Positions 1-7,916 of a DNA stretch of 42,868 nt are shown piece after piece. Source of the DNA: a virus. A program made the translations under genes and the position numbers. Below the pieces are notes generated by a model. That model was given only the letters and a program-made list of their open reading frames with translations. It had not been told where the DNA came from and did no database searches. The stretch spans positions 1 to 42,868 of IMG/VR virus record IMGVR_UViG_3300010331_000021. One strand, written 5' to 3'. How positions within the stretch are numbered: position 1 is the stretch's first letter; each line of letters starts with the position of its first letter.

Positions 1-234
1 CACCCGAGCATCGCCGGACACCCGAGCATCGCCGGACACCCGAGCATCGCCGGACACCCGAGCATCGCCGGACACCCGAGCATCGCCGTACACCCGAGCA
101 TCGCCGGACACCCGAGCATCGCCGGACACCCAAGCATCGCCGGACACCCGAGCATCGCCGTACACCCGAGCATCGCCGTACACCCGAGCATCGCCGGACA
201 CCCGAGCATCGCCGTACACCCAAGCATCGCCGTC
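1..234. repeat. 18-nt tandem repeat of 13 units (cacccgagcatcgccgga). On the minus strand it encodes G-D-A-(R/W)-V-(S/Y).
   Basis: Counted directly. Units differ at only two positions: g/a at unit position 6 and g/t at unit position 17. Confidence 0.95.
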
Positions 235-375
235 AGACGCAATATTTTCTTCCTTCTGCACCCAGCCGCCGAGCTCGCCTTCTTTGACATTACCAAAAGA
301 GCGCGTCGCTTTGATTTGGTGTAGAACAATACCGAAATATTCCTTCGTGACTTCAGTCAACACAAACTTTTTCAT
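1..375 (-). CDS. Hexapeptide-repeat protein, 5' part. The start codon is at 375-373, the frame runs off the left edge, and 42472..42868 continues it.
   Basis: ATG at 375-373 has GAGGAGGA 9 nt upstream. Own translation: MKKFVLTEVTKEYFGIVLHQIKATRSFGNVKEGELGGWVQKEENIASDGDAWVYGDARVSGDARV... There is no stop before position 1, so it is open-ended and absent from the ORF track. Confidence 0.8.
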   Translation of the reverse strand, partial: MKKFVLTEVTKEYFGIVLHQIKATRSFGNVKEGELGGWVQKEENIASDGDAWVYGDARVSGDARVYGDARVYGDARVSGDAWVSGDARVSGDARVYGDARVSGDARVSGDARVSGDARVSGDARV

Positions 376-407
376 CTTTATACATCCTCCTCTTTATTTG
401 ATGGAAC

Positions 408-1130
408 CTAGATTCCCCGACCATTGGTAACCGCAAGGACTAATGTGACCAGATGATCGCTAAAATCCTTGTCGGCTTGTTCGGCATACTTCTTTTTAGC
501 AGCGGGCATACCGGCCTTGATGTTATCCCATATGTCTTCCAGCGTTTCCTCAGCCGGTGCGATCATTGGTATAGGTGGAAACTCATTCTCCGGATCCGCG
601 ATGAATGGTTGACTTGTAACAGGGGATTCAATCTTTGGAAACTCCTGAGGTGCAACGTCTGTGTGGAACTGCTCGATCTCAGCTGGAGTCGGTGGCACAA
701 TCTCTTCCAAAATCGGTTTTTCATAAACTTTAGGAACAACTGGTTTATCGACGGGCTTCTTCTCGCCTTGAACCCCTGCAATCTCATAAGACTTAATCCA
801 GTTATGGATGGTTTGAACTGATGCCTCGTATTTCTTGGCAATCTGCGAGATTGTTAGGCCTAGCATAAGATCCTTTTCCAGTACGCCCTTTTTCGGTTTG
901 TTAGCTTTCAATTCAGTGTTCCTCCCCGCGTTTTCTTTTTTGGCTCTCATTTCGTTATCTCGTTTCTTCTCCCCGGCCCGACAGCAGTTATACCGGCAGA
1001 AGTAAATGGTTCCTGTTTTGATGGTAAGCTTGTAGGCCCACATATCTGAACTGATAACGGTGAATACTTTACCGCATTCCTCACAGATTTTTTCCGATTG
1101 CGCCAGAATCTTTTGATCACTTTTCAGCAT
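408..1130 (-). CDS. Early protein with an N-terminal Cys-rich zinc-ribbon-like region, a central HTH and a Pro-rich tail
   Basis: 240-aa ORF. Motifs CEECGK...FCRYNCC and LTISQIAKKYEASVQTIHNWIK (HTH-like). Confidence 0.7.
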   Translation of the reverse strand: MLKSDQKILAQSEKICEECGKVFTVISSDMWAYKLTIKTGTIYFCRYNCCRAGEKKRDNEMRAKKENAGRNTELKANKPKKGVLEKDLMLGLTISQIAKKYEASVQTIHNWIKSYEIAGVQGEKKPVDKPVVPKVYEKPILEEIVPPTPAEIEQFHTDVAPQEFPKIESPVTSQPFIADPENEFPPIPMIAPAEETLEDIWDNIKAGMPAAKKKYAEQADKDFSDHLVTLVLAVTNGRGI

Positions 1131-1142
1131 GGTTTAAGCACC

Positions 1143-1397
1143 TCACTTATCTACCATGATTTGAGCACATACCTTGCAGAGTTTTACACCACCGAATTCA
1201 ACCAGACCTTCAAATGTACCACGGCTCATGCAACCCGGCTGATACTTACGAAGGACGATCTCCTCCTTATCATTCGTGAAGATTTCTAAGGCGTCTCCCT
1301 CTTCAATCCCCATCGTGCGACGTAACTCCTTAGGTATAACAACGCGACCCAGTTCATCGATCCTTCTAACAATTCCAGTAGCTTTTTTCAAATTCAT
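1143..1397 (-). CDS. AbrB/SpoVT-family DNA-binding protein
   Basis: 84 aa. GIVRRIDELGRVVIPKELRRTMGIEEGDALEIF matches the SpoVT/AbrB looped-hinge-helix signature. It overlaps the upstream gene by 4 nt. Confidence 0.8.
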   Translation of the reverse strand: MNLKKATGIVRRIDELGRVVIPKELRRTMGIEEGDALEIFTNDKEEIVLRKYQPGCMSRGTFEGLVEFGGVKLCKVCAQIMVDK

Positions 1398-1642
1398 CGA
1401 CCCTTTCTTTTTCGTGATTTTTGATAATTCTTGTACCGGTCAGCTCTCGTTTTCACTGAACAAGCTTTCGCTCTTTCGAAAATTGGGTTAAAGATGGTTG
1501 TGAATAATCCGATAGCCCAGTATCCTTCGGGCTTAAGTTCCCAGTGCATACCACAGTTTTTCGTTGGGCACTGGACTTTGACTTGTCCTTTACGAAATCC
1601 TATTACCTTCCCGCACTTGCATTTTGGAGACACGATGGTCAC
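1394..1642 (-). CDS. Small zinc-ribbon-like protein
   Basis: 82 aa with CKCGK...CPTKNCG Cys pairs. Overlaps both neighbours by 4 nt, which suggests translational coupling. Confidence 0.6.
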   Translation of the reverse strand: MTIVSPKCKCGKVIGFRKGQVKVQCPTKNCGMHWELKPEGYWAIGLFTTIFNPIFERAKACSVKTRADRYKNYQKSRKRKGR

Positions 1643-1911
1643 GCTCCTCGCTTTCCAAATTTCTTTAGGTAACGATGAACAATGGGTGGATCCATGCAGT
1701 AGATTTCGCCGATCTCCCTTAAGAAGAGTCCTTCCTTGCGCATCTTGAGCATGTCAGTGTAATCCTCATCTGTGATCTGGTTGTGTACACAGCTCGGTTT
1801 ATCAGATTGAAGTTTTTCAAAGGCAGTTTCGGGTATACATGTTGTTAGAATTGAGACCACAAGCGCGTAATAATTAGTTTTTACGGCTTCTGACCGAGAA
1901 AGAGCTTGCAT
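1639..1911 (-). CDS. Hypothetical early protein with a C-terminal HTH-like segment
   Basis: 90 aa. AGGAGGGAG sits 5-6 nt upstream of the ATG at 1911. LFLREIGEIYCMDPPIVHRYLKKFG is HTH-like. Confidence 0.65.
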   Translation of the reverse strand: MQALSRSEAVKTNYYALVVSILTTCIPETAFEKLQSDKPSCVHNQITDEDYTDMLKMRKEGLFLREIGEIYCMDPPIVHRYLKKFGKRGA

Positions 1912-2089
1912 TTCGTCTCCCTCCTAGTTGTGGTATACTAAAGTTGTATAATTTTTTCAGCAGCCTGTTTAGATGTTTCAGCATCTGACGGGCTTTTTTG
2001 CTGTCCGGGGAATGATAGAAACAGAAGATCCAGAAGGCTATGGCCATTGGGAGCGCGTGGCCTAAGAATGTCGTTTGAGTGTGGTCCAT
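1874..2089 (-). CDS. Small hydrophobic hypothetical protein
   Basis: 71 aa. GGGAGG lies 8 nt upstream of the ATG at 2089. It overlaps the next gene by 38 nt, hence the lower confidence. Confidence 0.4.
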   Translation of the reverse strand: MDHTQTTFLGHALPMAIAFWIFCFYHSPDSKKARQMLKHLNRLLKKLYNFSIPQLGGRRNASSFSVRSRKN

Positions 2090-2094
2090 GTGTT

Positions 2095-2478
2095 TTACCT
2101 CCCGATTTTCTTGTTGTACTTTGCCTCCAGATCAATCAGCTCATTGGCTAATAAACAGTATTCGTCAGAGTCTTCCTTGGTTGTCCAATCACGAGCCATG
2201 GCCCATAACACTTCGTTCCCTAATGCCTTGAACGCATCTCTTACGGCTCTGACTATAACTTTGCTAGGAGCAATTGGTTCCAAGGCTTTTTCAAACGCGG
2301 GGTTTGGTGCTACGCCTTTGCATTTTGCAATCGTGATGCCCAATTGACTTCGCTTTGCATACACCTCGGTTAACCCACGATTCAGGCGCCCTGCGATATC
2401 CCGGTTACCCAAACCATCAAGGCACAATTGCTTAAGTGTTTCGATTTCTTGATCAGTCCAAATCATCTTCTCTTCCAC
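2095..2478 (-). CDS. GcrA-N-terminal-like HTH protein. The likely true start is the ATG at 2466.
   Basis: MIWTDQEIETLKQLCLDGLGNRDIAGRLNRGLTEVYAKRSQLGI resembles the GcrA/Myb-like HTH N-domain. GGAGGTG lies 9 nt before the ATG at 2466. Confidence 0.6.
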   Translation of the reverse strand: MEEKMIWTDQEIETLKQLCLDGLGNRDIAGRLNRGLTEVYAKRSQLGITIAKCKGVAPNPAFEKALEPIAPSKVIVRAVRDAFKALGNEVLWAMARDWTTKEDSDEYCLLANELIDLEAKYNKKIGR

Positions 2479-2593
2479 CTCCCCTCGATGGCTTGTCCAC
2501 GCTATAGTCGCATGGATCCACCTCTGAAAACCAGCCGGTTACGATCAGGCTAAAACGTCTGGACCTAAGTAAGAGTTTACGGAGTAGATTCAT
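2453..2593 (-). CDS. 46-aa hypothetical ORF
   Basis: Own translation: MNLLRKLLLRSRRFSLIVTGWFSEVDPCDYSVDKPSRGGGREDDLD. AAGGAGGTGA lies 6 nt upstream. It is below the ORF-track cutoff. Confidence 0.35.
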   Translation of the reverse strand: MNLLRKLLLRSRRFSLIVTGWFSEVDPCDYSVDKPSRGGGREDDLD

Positions 2594-2627
2594 CTGTTCT
2601 CACCTCCTTAACCACTATTTTCACAAT

Positions 2628-2846
2628 TTAGGCTGAAATGCTTTGCGCCTTTTCCCCCTTCCGTGCCTCAATCCACTTAATGAAATCTTTTTTTTCGACG
2701 CGTTTGCTTGTCCCAATGGCGAAGTTTGGTATGCCTCCCGCGGTTGGCTTAATTTGAAATAGCGTGTAGATTTTACCTCGTGAAATACCTAAATAATCTG
2801 AAATGTGCTGTGCCGTAATGATCTCGGGGAGTTCGTTTATTGGCAT
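2628..2846 (-). CDS. Excisionase-family (MerR-like HTH_17) DNA-binding protein
   Basis: 72 aa. ITAQHISDYLGISRGKIYTLFQ...FAIGTSKRVEKKDFIKWIE fits the excisionase-type HTH pattern. Confidence 0.7.
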   Translation of the reverse strand: MPINELPEIITAQHISDYLGISRGKIYTLFQIKPTAGGIPNFAIGTSKRVEKKDFIKWIEARKGEKAQSISA

Positions 2847-2883
2847 TAGTTTTTCCCTCCTTCCTTACCCATTAGCCTACTTT

Positions 2884-2902
2884 AGTATCTTTTTAGGATA
2901 CT
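2884..2902. promoter_or_regulatory. Operator-like inverted repeat AGTATC-N7-GATACT
   Basis: Perfect 6-bp arms. The 19 nt at 2887-2905 are identical to 3145-3163 in the immunity intergenic region. Confidence 0.55.
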
Positions 2903-3111
2903 TTTTCATTAAAAAAAATACTGTCTATTTCTTCCGGGGAAAGATTGTACCTTTCTTTAATTTTAGATATTTCACCTTGTGTAAATTCGGCCCCGTTTCT
3001 TTCATTAATCTTTGCTGAAAATGTTTGTGGAGAAACCCCGATTGTGCCAGCCAGAACGGCGCTTGTGTCGCCGTAGAGGATCATAACAGATTTCATTCTT
3101 GCAGTATTCAT
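2893..3111 (-). CDS. Cro-like XRE-family HTH regulator, first gene of the leftward early operon
   Basis: 72 aa, divergent from the CI-like gene. TSAVLAGTIGVSPQTFSAKINE is HTH-like. Confidence 0.7.
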   Translation of the reverse strand: MNTARMKSVMILYGDTSAVLAGTIGVSPQTFSAKINERNGAEFTQGEISKIKERYNLSPEEIDSIFFNEKVS

Positions 3112-3141
3112 ACGCTCACCACCCTTCTCTGCTTTACGTCC

Positions 3142-3272
3142 TGCATCTTTTTAGGATACTTTTATCTTAATGCGCTAACTGTATGATGTCAAGGGATATC
3201 GGTATCTTTTTTTTTGATACTTCTTCGCATTTACTTGTATACCATTAATATATATGGTAATAATAAGATACT
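3142..3272. promoter_or_regulatory. Immunity switch region with an early leftward promoter and operator repeats
   Basis: On the minus strand: -35 TTGACA (3192-3187), a 17-nt spacer, then -10 TAAGAT (3169-3164). Operator-like repeats are tGCATC-N7-GATACT (3142-3160), GGTATC-N9-GATACT (3201-3221) and a GATACT half-site (3267-3272). Confidence 0.6.
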
Positions 3273-3304
3273 AAGAAGTTAATGAATGGGAGGAAGATAT
3301 TTCA

Positions 3305-3688
3305 ATGAATATGGGTGATCGTATAAAGGAATTAAGGATTTCCAAGGGATACACTCAAGAGGAACTTGGAAAGAGACTTGGACTGAAAAAGGCCGCTATT
3401 CAGAAGTATGAGAATGGGGGTGTCGAAAACATTAAAAGGTCGAAGATCAAACTTCTTGCAGACGCTTTGGGCGTAACCCCTTCATATATAATGGGATGGG
3501 AAGAACCAACTGCAGCCTTGAAATATCAGTCAAGTGAGGGATTATCCGAAGTTGAGAAGGAACTAATTTTCAGTTACCGTAAACTATCCCACGATAACCA
3601 GATGAAGGTTACTGGCATAATTGAATTTATGTTTGATGAGGAATCAGCCACGGAGGAGGAATACGAGGACAAGATTAAAAGAGCGTAG
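3305..3688 (+). CDS. CI-like XRE-family repressor with no S24 peptidase domain
   Basis: 127 aa. IKELRISKGYTQEELGKRLGLKKAAIQKYENG is a classic XRE HTH. GGGAGGAAG RBS present. It is divergent from the cro-like gene. Confidence 0.85.
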   Translation: MNMGDRIKELRISKGYTQEELGKRLGLKKAAIQKYENGGVENIKRSKIKLLADALGVTPSYIMGWEEPTAALKYQSSEGLSEVEKELIFSYRKLSHDNQMKVTGIIEFMFDEESATEEEYEDKIKRA

Positions 3689-3711
3689 GGGTAACGTGGT
3701 ATACGTAAATT

Positions 3712-4962
3712 TTGGGAAGAAATAATGAGAGGGGGTTACTTATCATGGAAGGTCATTTTTATAAACCTAATTGCAAGTGTCCCAAAGATGCTAAGAAATG
3801 TACTTGCGGAGCTACGTGGTCTTACATCGTCGACATTGGGGTTGATCCCAAAACTGGAAGGCGCAAACAGAAAAAGAAAGGCGGGTTTAAGACAAAAAAA
3901 GATGTTACCTTGGCCGCCGCTATCGTGATACAAGAACTTGATCAGGGGACCTTTATTCAGGAATCGAGTATTACGTTTAAGGACTTTACCGCGGAGTGGC
4001 TAGCTCTTTATCATGGAACTGGAAGGGTTAAGATAAGTACAATAAGAATCAGGAAACACGAAATTGGCAGGCTTAAGCCATTTTTCTCCTTGAATAAAAT
4101 TAAGACCATAACAAGGAAAATGTATCAAGGGGCATTGAGTGATTTAGCGAGACAAGGACTTTCATATGGTACCCTCATAGGTATCAATTGCACGGGGCGA
4201 ATGATCTTTAAGAAAGCCGTAGAATTGGGCTATATAAAGACTGACCCAACTCAATACGCTGTTATTCCAAGGACACAGAAAACAGTCGAGGAACTTGAGG
4301 CTGAGGAAGAAATCCCTAAATACCTTGAGAAGGAAGAATTGTCACTCTTTCTAAAAACGGCTAGGGGTAAGGGTTTGGAAATGGATGTCGTTACTTTTGT
4401 TACCCTGGCTTATACTGGAATGAGGGCTGGCGAGTTATGCGCCTTAAAGTGGAAAGATATTAACTTTGAAAATCACACAATAAGTATCACTAAGACTTTG
4501 TATAGCCCAACAAATAATACAAGAAAATATGAGTTGCTTCCACCAAAAACGAAGACCTCTAGGAGGGTGATCGAAGTAGATGCTGTTGTTTTGACGGAAC
4601 TAGAAAGCCATCGAGTGAAACAAAACATTGTTAAGATGAGCCATAGGGATACGTATCACGATAAAGATTTTATCTTTGCTAAAATGAAAAAGAGCCACGG
4701 CTATCCTGAACTCGTAACTATTGTTGAGACACGCATGTCTAGGTTGCTCAAGCTAGCAAAGTTAAATCAGGACCTAACACCTCACTCCCTAAGGCACACT
4801 CATACATCGTTATTAGCCGAGGCTAAAGTCGGACTCGAAGAAATTATGGAACGTCTTGGACACGCCAACGACAAAATAACAAGAAGGATATATCTGCATG
4901 TAACTAAAGCTATGAAAAAAGAGGCTTCCCAAAAGTTCGGTGAACTAATGAGAACCCTCTAA
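3712..4962 (+). CDS. int: Tyrosine integrase with an N-terminal Cys-containing arm-type DNA-binding domain. The likely start is the ATG at 3745.
   Basis: Catalytic signature seen: YTGMRAGEL (R), HSLRHTH (H-x-x-R), LGH and RIYLH (Y). GAGGGGG lies 10 nt before the ATG at 3745. Confidence 0.9.
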   Translation: MGRNNERGLLIMEGHFYKPNCKCPKDAKKCTCGATWSYIVDIGVDPKTGRRKQKKKGGFKTKKDVTLAAAIVIQELDQGTFIQESSITFKDFTAEWLALYHGTGRVKISTIRIRKHEIGRLKPFFSLNKIKTITRKMYQGALSDLARQGLSYGTLIGINCTGRMIFKKAVELGYIKTDPTQYAVIPRTQKTVEELEAEEEIPKYLEKEELSLFLKTARGKGLEMDVVTFVTLAYTGMRAGELCALKWKDINFENHTISITKTLYSPTNNTRKYELLPPKTKTSRRVIEVDAVVLTELESHRVKQNIVKMSHRDTYHDKDFIFAKMKKSHGYPELVTIVETRMSRLLKLAKLNQDLTPHSLRHTHTSLLAEAKVGLEEIMERLGHANDKITRRIYLHVTKAMKKEASQKFGELMRTL

Positions 4963-5318
4963 AAATATATTCCCAATGTTACCTTTTCGTTACCTTAGGA
5001 GGTGTTTCTATTTTAGGATCGTTGGTATATAAGGGCTGAGCGGTTGACATAGCATCATAAGTGTTATGACCCTTGATAAGAAATTAATACTGTAACATCT
5101 TACTTCCTGTGCTACAAGGCGCATACAGTAAGGATTCCTCCTTTTTAGCATTGTAACATCTTTAGCCCGTTTCATCCCCTTTATCCCGATTATGTTACCT
5201 AAAGGTTACCCAAGAGGGTAGGTACAGGTATAATTAATATTATCACATAGCAGGAAAAGACCCACCGGACACAGAACTGAATACTCTAGAAAATAGCAAA
5301 GAAGGAAGGTTTTGTTTT
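4963..5318. other. Candidate attP region
   Basis: Non-coding and directly downstream of int. It has two pairs of GTTACC at an 11-nt period (4978/4989 and 5194/5205). These flank an 11-nt direct repeat TGTAACATCTT (5091-5101 and 5152-5162). Confidence 0.5.
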
Positions 5319-5960
5319 ATGAGTTTTTTAAAGAAGATCCCAGGCTTTAGATCGGGAACAAAGTGGAAAATGGCCGTTGCCATCATAGGGTATCTGGCTA
5401 TATTAGGTATAGTCAGTGATGTGGTTGGTGGAAATTCGGATACAGCACCAGCGACAACCCCTGCCACGATCGTTGAAAAAACACCTGAACAAATAGCCAA
5501 GGAAAAGGCAGATACCGATTTAAAGGTAAAACAAGCAGAAGAAGCGAAGGTAGCTGTGGATAAAATGAACTCTGATATATTGTATTATTCTCAAGTCAAG
5601 GCAAAGGAAGTATTTAAGGATAGATTTATCAAGGCTGAAAAAGATGATAAAGGTATACTTATCACTTTCAAACTGGCTGAAAATCTTAGTATGAAAATGG
5701 TTGGAGATGGAGGACTTATAGACTCTGGTAAATTGTTTGCCCTTTATAAAGGACACATGGGAGATTATACTGACGTAACTTGTCTTGGTACTTTCCCTAT
5801 GAAGGATAAATACGGAACCGTAACAGATGACGTTATATTTGCCATTACCTTAGATAAAGAAACTATCCAGAAAGTAACTTTCGAGAATATAAGCCCAACC
5901 ACAAATTTAATACCCTTATCCAGCTCACACAGGATAAGGCCTGAGCTGTTGACTAAATAG
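5319..5960 (+). CDS. Membrane-anchored secreted-type protein (moron, candidate lysogenic-conversion or exclusion factor)
   Basis: 213 aa with an N-terminal TM segment (WKMAVAIIGYLAILGIV). Own promoter: TTACCC, 17 nt, then TATAAT at 5229-5234. It is followed by a terminator hairpin. Confidence 0.7.
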   Translation: MSFLKKIPGFRSGTKWKMAVAIIGYLAILGIVSDVVGGNSDTAPATTPATIVEKTPEQIAKEKADTDLKVKQAEEAKVAVDKMNSDILYYSQVKAKEVFKDRFIKAEKDDKGILITFKLAENLSMKMVGDGGLIDSGKLFALYKGHMGDYTDVTCLGTFPMKDKYGTVTDDVIFAITLDKETIQKVTFENISPTTNLIPLSSSHRIRPELLTK

Positions 5961-5975
5961 AATATCAAACACAAA

Positions 5976-6009
5976 AAAGCCCTCCCACCATTTCTGGCAA
6001 GAGGGCTTT
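5976..6009. terminator. Hairpin terminator between convergent genes
   Basis: AAAGCCCTC (5976-5984) pairs with GAGGGCTTT (6001-6009). It is preceded by an A-run and followed by TTTCGTT. Confidence 0.7.
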
Positions 6010-6023
6010 CGTTATGCACTTAT

Positions 6024-6539
6024 TTATACGGAAGGTTGAACGAGATTGATCACCGGTTGCTCTACTGGTGGCAGCGGATCGGGTACAGGGGCAATCGTAA
6101 TAACAGGATCATTCTGCTTCATAACCCAGACCCCCGCCTCTGCAGTACCGCGAATAACCTGTTCTAATTCTGGTGTAACCTCATGACCGGTTAACTTAAG
6201 CATATTAACAGCGTATTGGGTAGCCCGCTCTTTTCTCATGCCAGGGAGTATTTGACCGCTATCATATAATTGTTGTGCCGAATGTACACCTGCCTGCGTT
6301 ACTTTAAGGACCGTCTCAATAAAATTCTCTATGGGTACCGGGATAAACGTCTTAATAGTTGTGTTGGCAGCTATAGCAGTATCCACGATGGTATCTGCTA
6401 GCTGCAGCTGCTTGCCCGGATCTCTGCCCTGCTTAACTAGCGCTTGGATTCCGTACATCGTACCAAAGAAACATAACAACGCTAGGATGGCGAACAGGAG
6501 CATTATGGTTTGAATATTCATTGCGTTTTCCTCCTTCAT
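6024..6539 (-). CDS. LL-H-family-like holin or lysis membrane protein. The RBS favours the ATG at 6521.
   Basis: N-terminal TM segment (IMLLFAILALLCFFGTMYGI) followed by a soluble domain. AAGGAGG lies 8 nt before the ATG at 6521. It sits next to the endolysin. Confidence 0.6.
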   Translation of the reverse strand: MKEENAMNIQTIMLLFAILALLCFFGTMYGIQALVKQGRDPGKQLQLADTIVDTAIAANTTIKTFIPVPIENFIETVLKVTQAGVHSAQQLYDSGQILPGMRKERATQYAVNMLKLTGHEVTPELEQVIRGTAEAGVWVMKQNDPVITIAPVPDPLPPVEQPVINLVQPSV

Positions 6540-6625
6540 TTTTAGGCAAAATTAATAGCAGGTCATTGCCTGCTATTCAATAGATTTTTCCTTTGGCCAT
6601 TAGCCTGCACCAAGGGTTTAATGGT

Positions 6626-7300
6626 TTAAGCCAATTCTAACTTTTTGCAAGCGAAACCAAGTTTGTTAATATCGACTATCGCCTGCGCTGAAAGACTTTC
6701 ACGAACGCGAACAGTTAAGTAAATATCGTCTGGTGCAATGATTTTAGCCACGGTTGACACCCCCTTTACGGCTGTTTGTAGTGCCACAGGAGCAACCTTA
6801 ACGACCACAGGAATTTTAAGGGTAACAATCATACTGTCGATAGCCGATAGAAGCTGATCCCACGTTTTACCGTGATTAGCAAGGAATTGTATAGGGTCCG
6901 TGTGATTTGTTTCTTTCCACTTTGCCGATATGCCACGGTGAGAATACACGTTAGGGCCGGTTGACCATCCATAACGAACGCAAGCGTCAGCGACTAGCCA
7001 AACGGTCCTATTCCAAACTTCGGCGAAGGGTTCAATTTCGCACATTTCAGCAGAAAGGAATTTACTGTTTGCGGTTTGTCCTGCGTGCCAGGCTTGCTCA
7101 GATTCTGGAATACAACGAATAATACTCTTATTATCTACAAAGTAGTGAGAGGATGCCTGACGATCCCCACCGTTGAAGTAATCGTGTTCATTCTGCGCTG
7201 TTGCGTTTGGTGTAGCCGTTGAGTGGATGACAAAGCCGAAAGGGGAGAGGGGTTTTTTTGAACGGTTGTATTTAATGAGCTGTTCTGAGATTTGATACAT
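6626..7300 (-). CDS. N-acetylmuramoyl-L-alanine amidase endolysin (Amidase_2/PGRP type) with a C-terminal binding domain
   Basis: 224 aa with VIHSTA, AWHAG and NHTDP motifs typical of T7-lysozyme-like amidases. Confidence 0.85.
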   Translation of the reverse strand: MYQISEQLIKYNRSKKPLSPFGFVIHSTATPNATAQNEHDYFNGGDRQASSHYFVDNKSIIRCIPESEQAWHAGQTANSKFLSAEMCEIEPFAEVWNRTVWLVADACVRYGWSTGPNVYSHRGISAKWKETNHTDPIQFLANHGKTWDQLLSAIDSMIVTLKIPVVVKVAPVALQTAVKGVSTVAKIIAPDDIYLTVRVRESLSAQAIVDINKLGFACKKLELA

Positions 7301-7318
7301 AATAATAATTCCTCCTCC

Positions 7319-7606
7319 TTATTTAAAAATTGCCAACGCCGCAATACCCGCAGCAATAATGGTCCCAACGATAGTGCGCCAAAGCCAAGTATTATCGGCT
7401 TCGAGTTTGTTAATCCGATGAGTATTGGATTTTGAACGTGCCTCCGTTTCAACGCTCATTATTTCATTAGTTTCCACTTTCAGCTTGAGATCATTCTGGC
7501 TGTCTAACTTAGTCTCCACTCTCACTAAGCGTTCACGTATATCCATTAACACATCTTGTTCCAATTGCAAACTCACCGCCCCTTCACCTCTATTCGTTGA
7601 TACCAA
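7319..7606 (-). CDS. xhlA: XhlA-like haemolysin/holin-associated protein. The likely start is the GTG at 7576.
   Basis: Coiled N-terminal part plus a C-terminal TM segment (WLWRTIVGTIIAAGIAALAIF). GAGGTGA lies 7 nt before the GTG at 7576. Confidence 0.7.
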   Translation of the reverse strand: MVSTNRGEGAVSLQLEQDVLMDIRERLVRVETKLDSQNDLKLKVETNEIMSVETEARSKSNTHRINKLEADNTWLWRTIVGTIIAAGIAALAIFK

Positions 7607-7742
7607 TAAGGATTATCAAACAAACTAAAGTGGTGGATCACGCTCCGAAGCATTCATGCAACCTCTCCTTTCGGGCATAAAAATAACCACCAATATGGCG
7701 GTTTGAAAATAAATGATGGGTACAGCACAAAGAACGCCGGGG

Positions 7743-7898
7743 TTAAACCTCAGCGTTCTTTTCTAGATATTCCTTTAAAATAGTTATGACCAGATTATTG
7801 AAACTCCTATTTTGCTTTCTTGCTAACTCTTCCAGGTCTTTCTTCATATCCTTTTCGATAATCAGATTAGACCTAACCTTATCTTTACCTATGCTCAT
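7743..7898 (-). CDS. Ribbon-helix-helix (CopG/Arc-like) regulator, 51 aa
   Basis: Own codon-by-codon translation: MSIGKDKVRSNLIIEKDMKKDLEELARKQNRSFNNLVITILKEYLEKNAEV. GAGGTG RBS present. It is divergent from the plus-strand cassette and below the ORF-track cutoff. Confidence 0.7.
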   Translation of the reverse strand: MSIGKDKVRSNLIIEKDMKKDLEELARKQNRSFNNLVITILKEYLEKNAEV

Positions 7899-7916
7899 AA
7901 TTAACACCTCATGGTT

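Noticed and set aside
1-234. The regular short repeats at both window ends could be mistaken for a CRISPR array.
   Set aside because: The units are only 18 nt and directly abut one another with no spacers. They lie in an open reading frame that encodes a hexapeptide repeat.
453-841. ORFs 453..821 (+) and 563..841 (-).
   Set aside because: Both are nested within the 240-aa gene 408..1130, which has recognisable Zn-ribbon and HTH motifs. Neither has an RBS.
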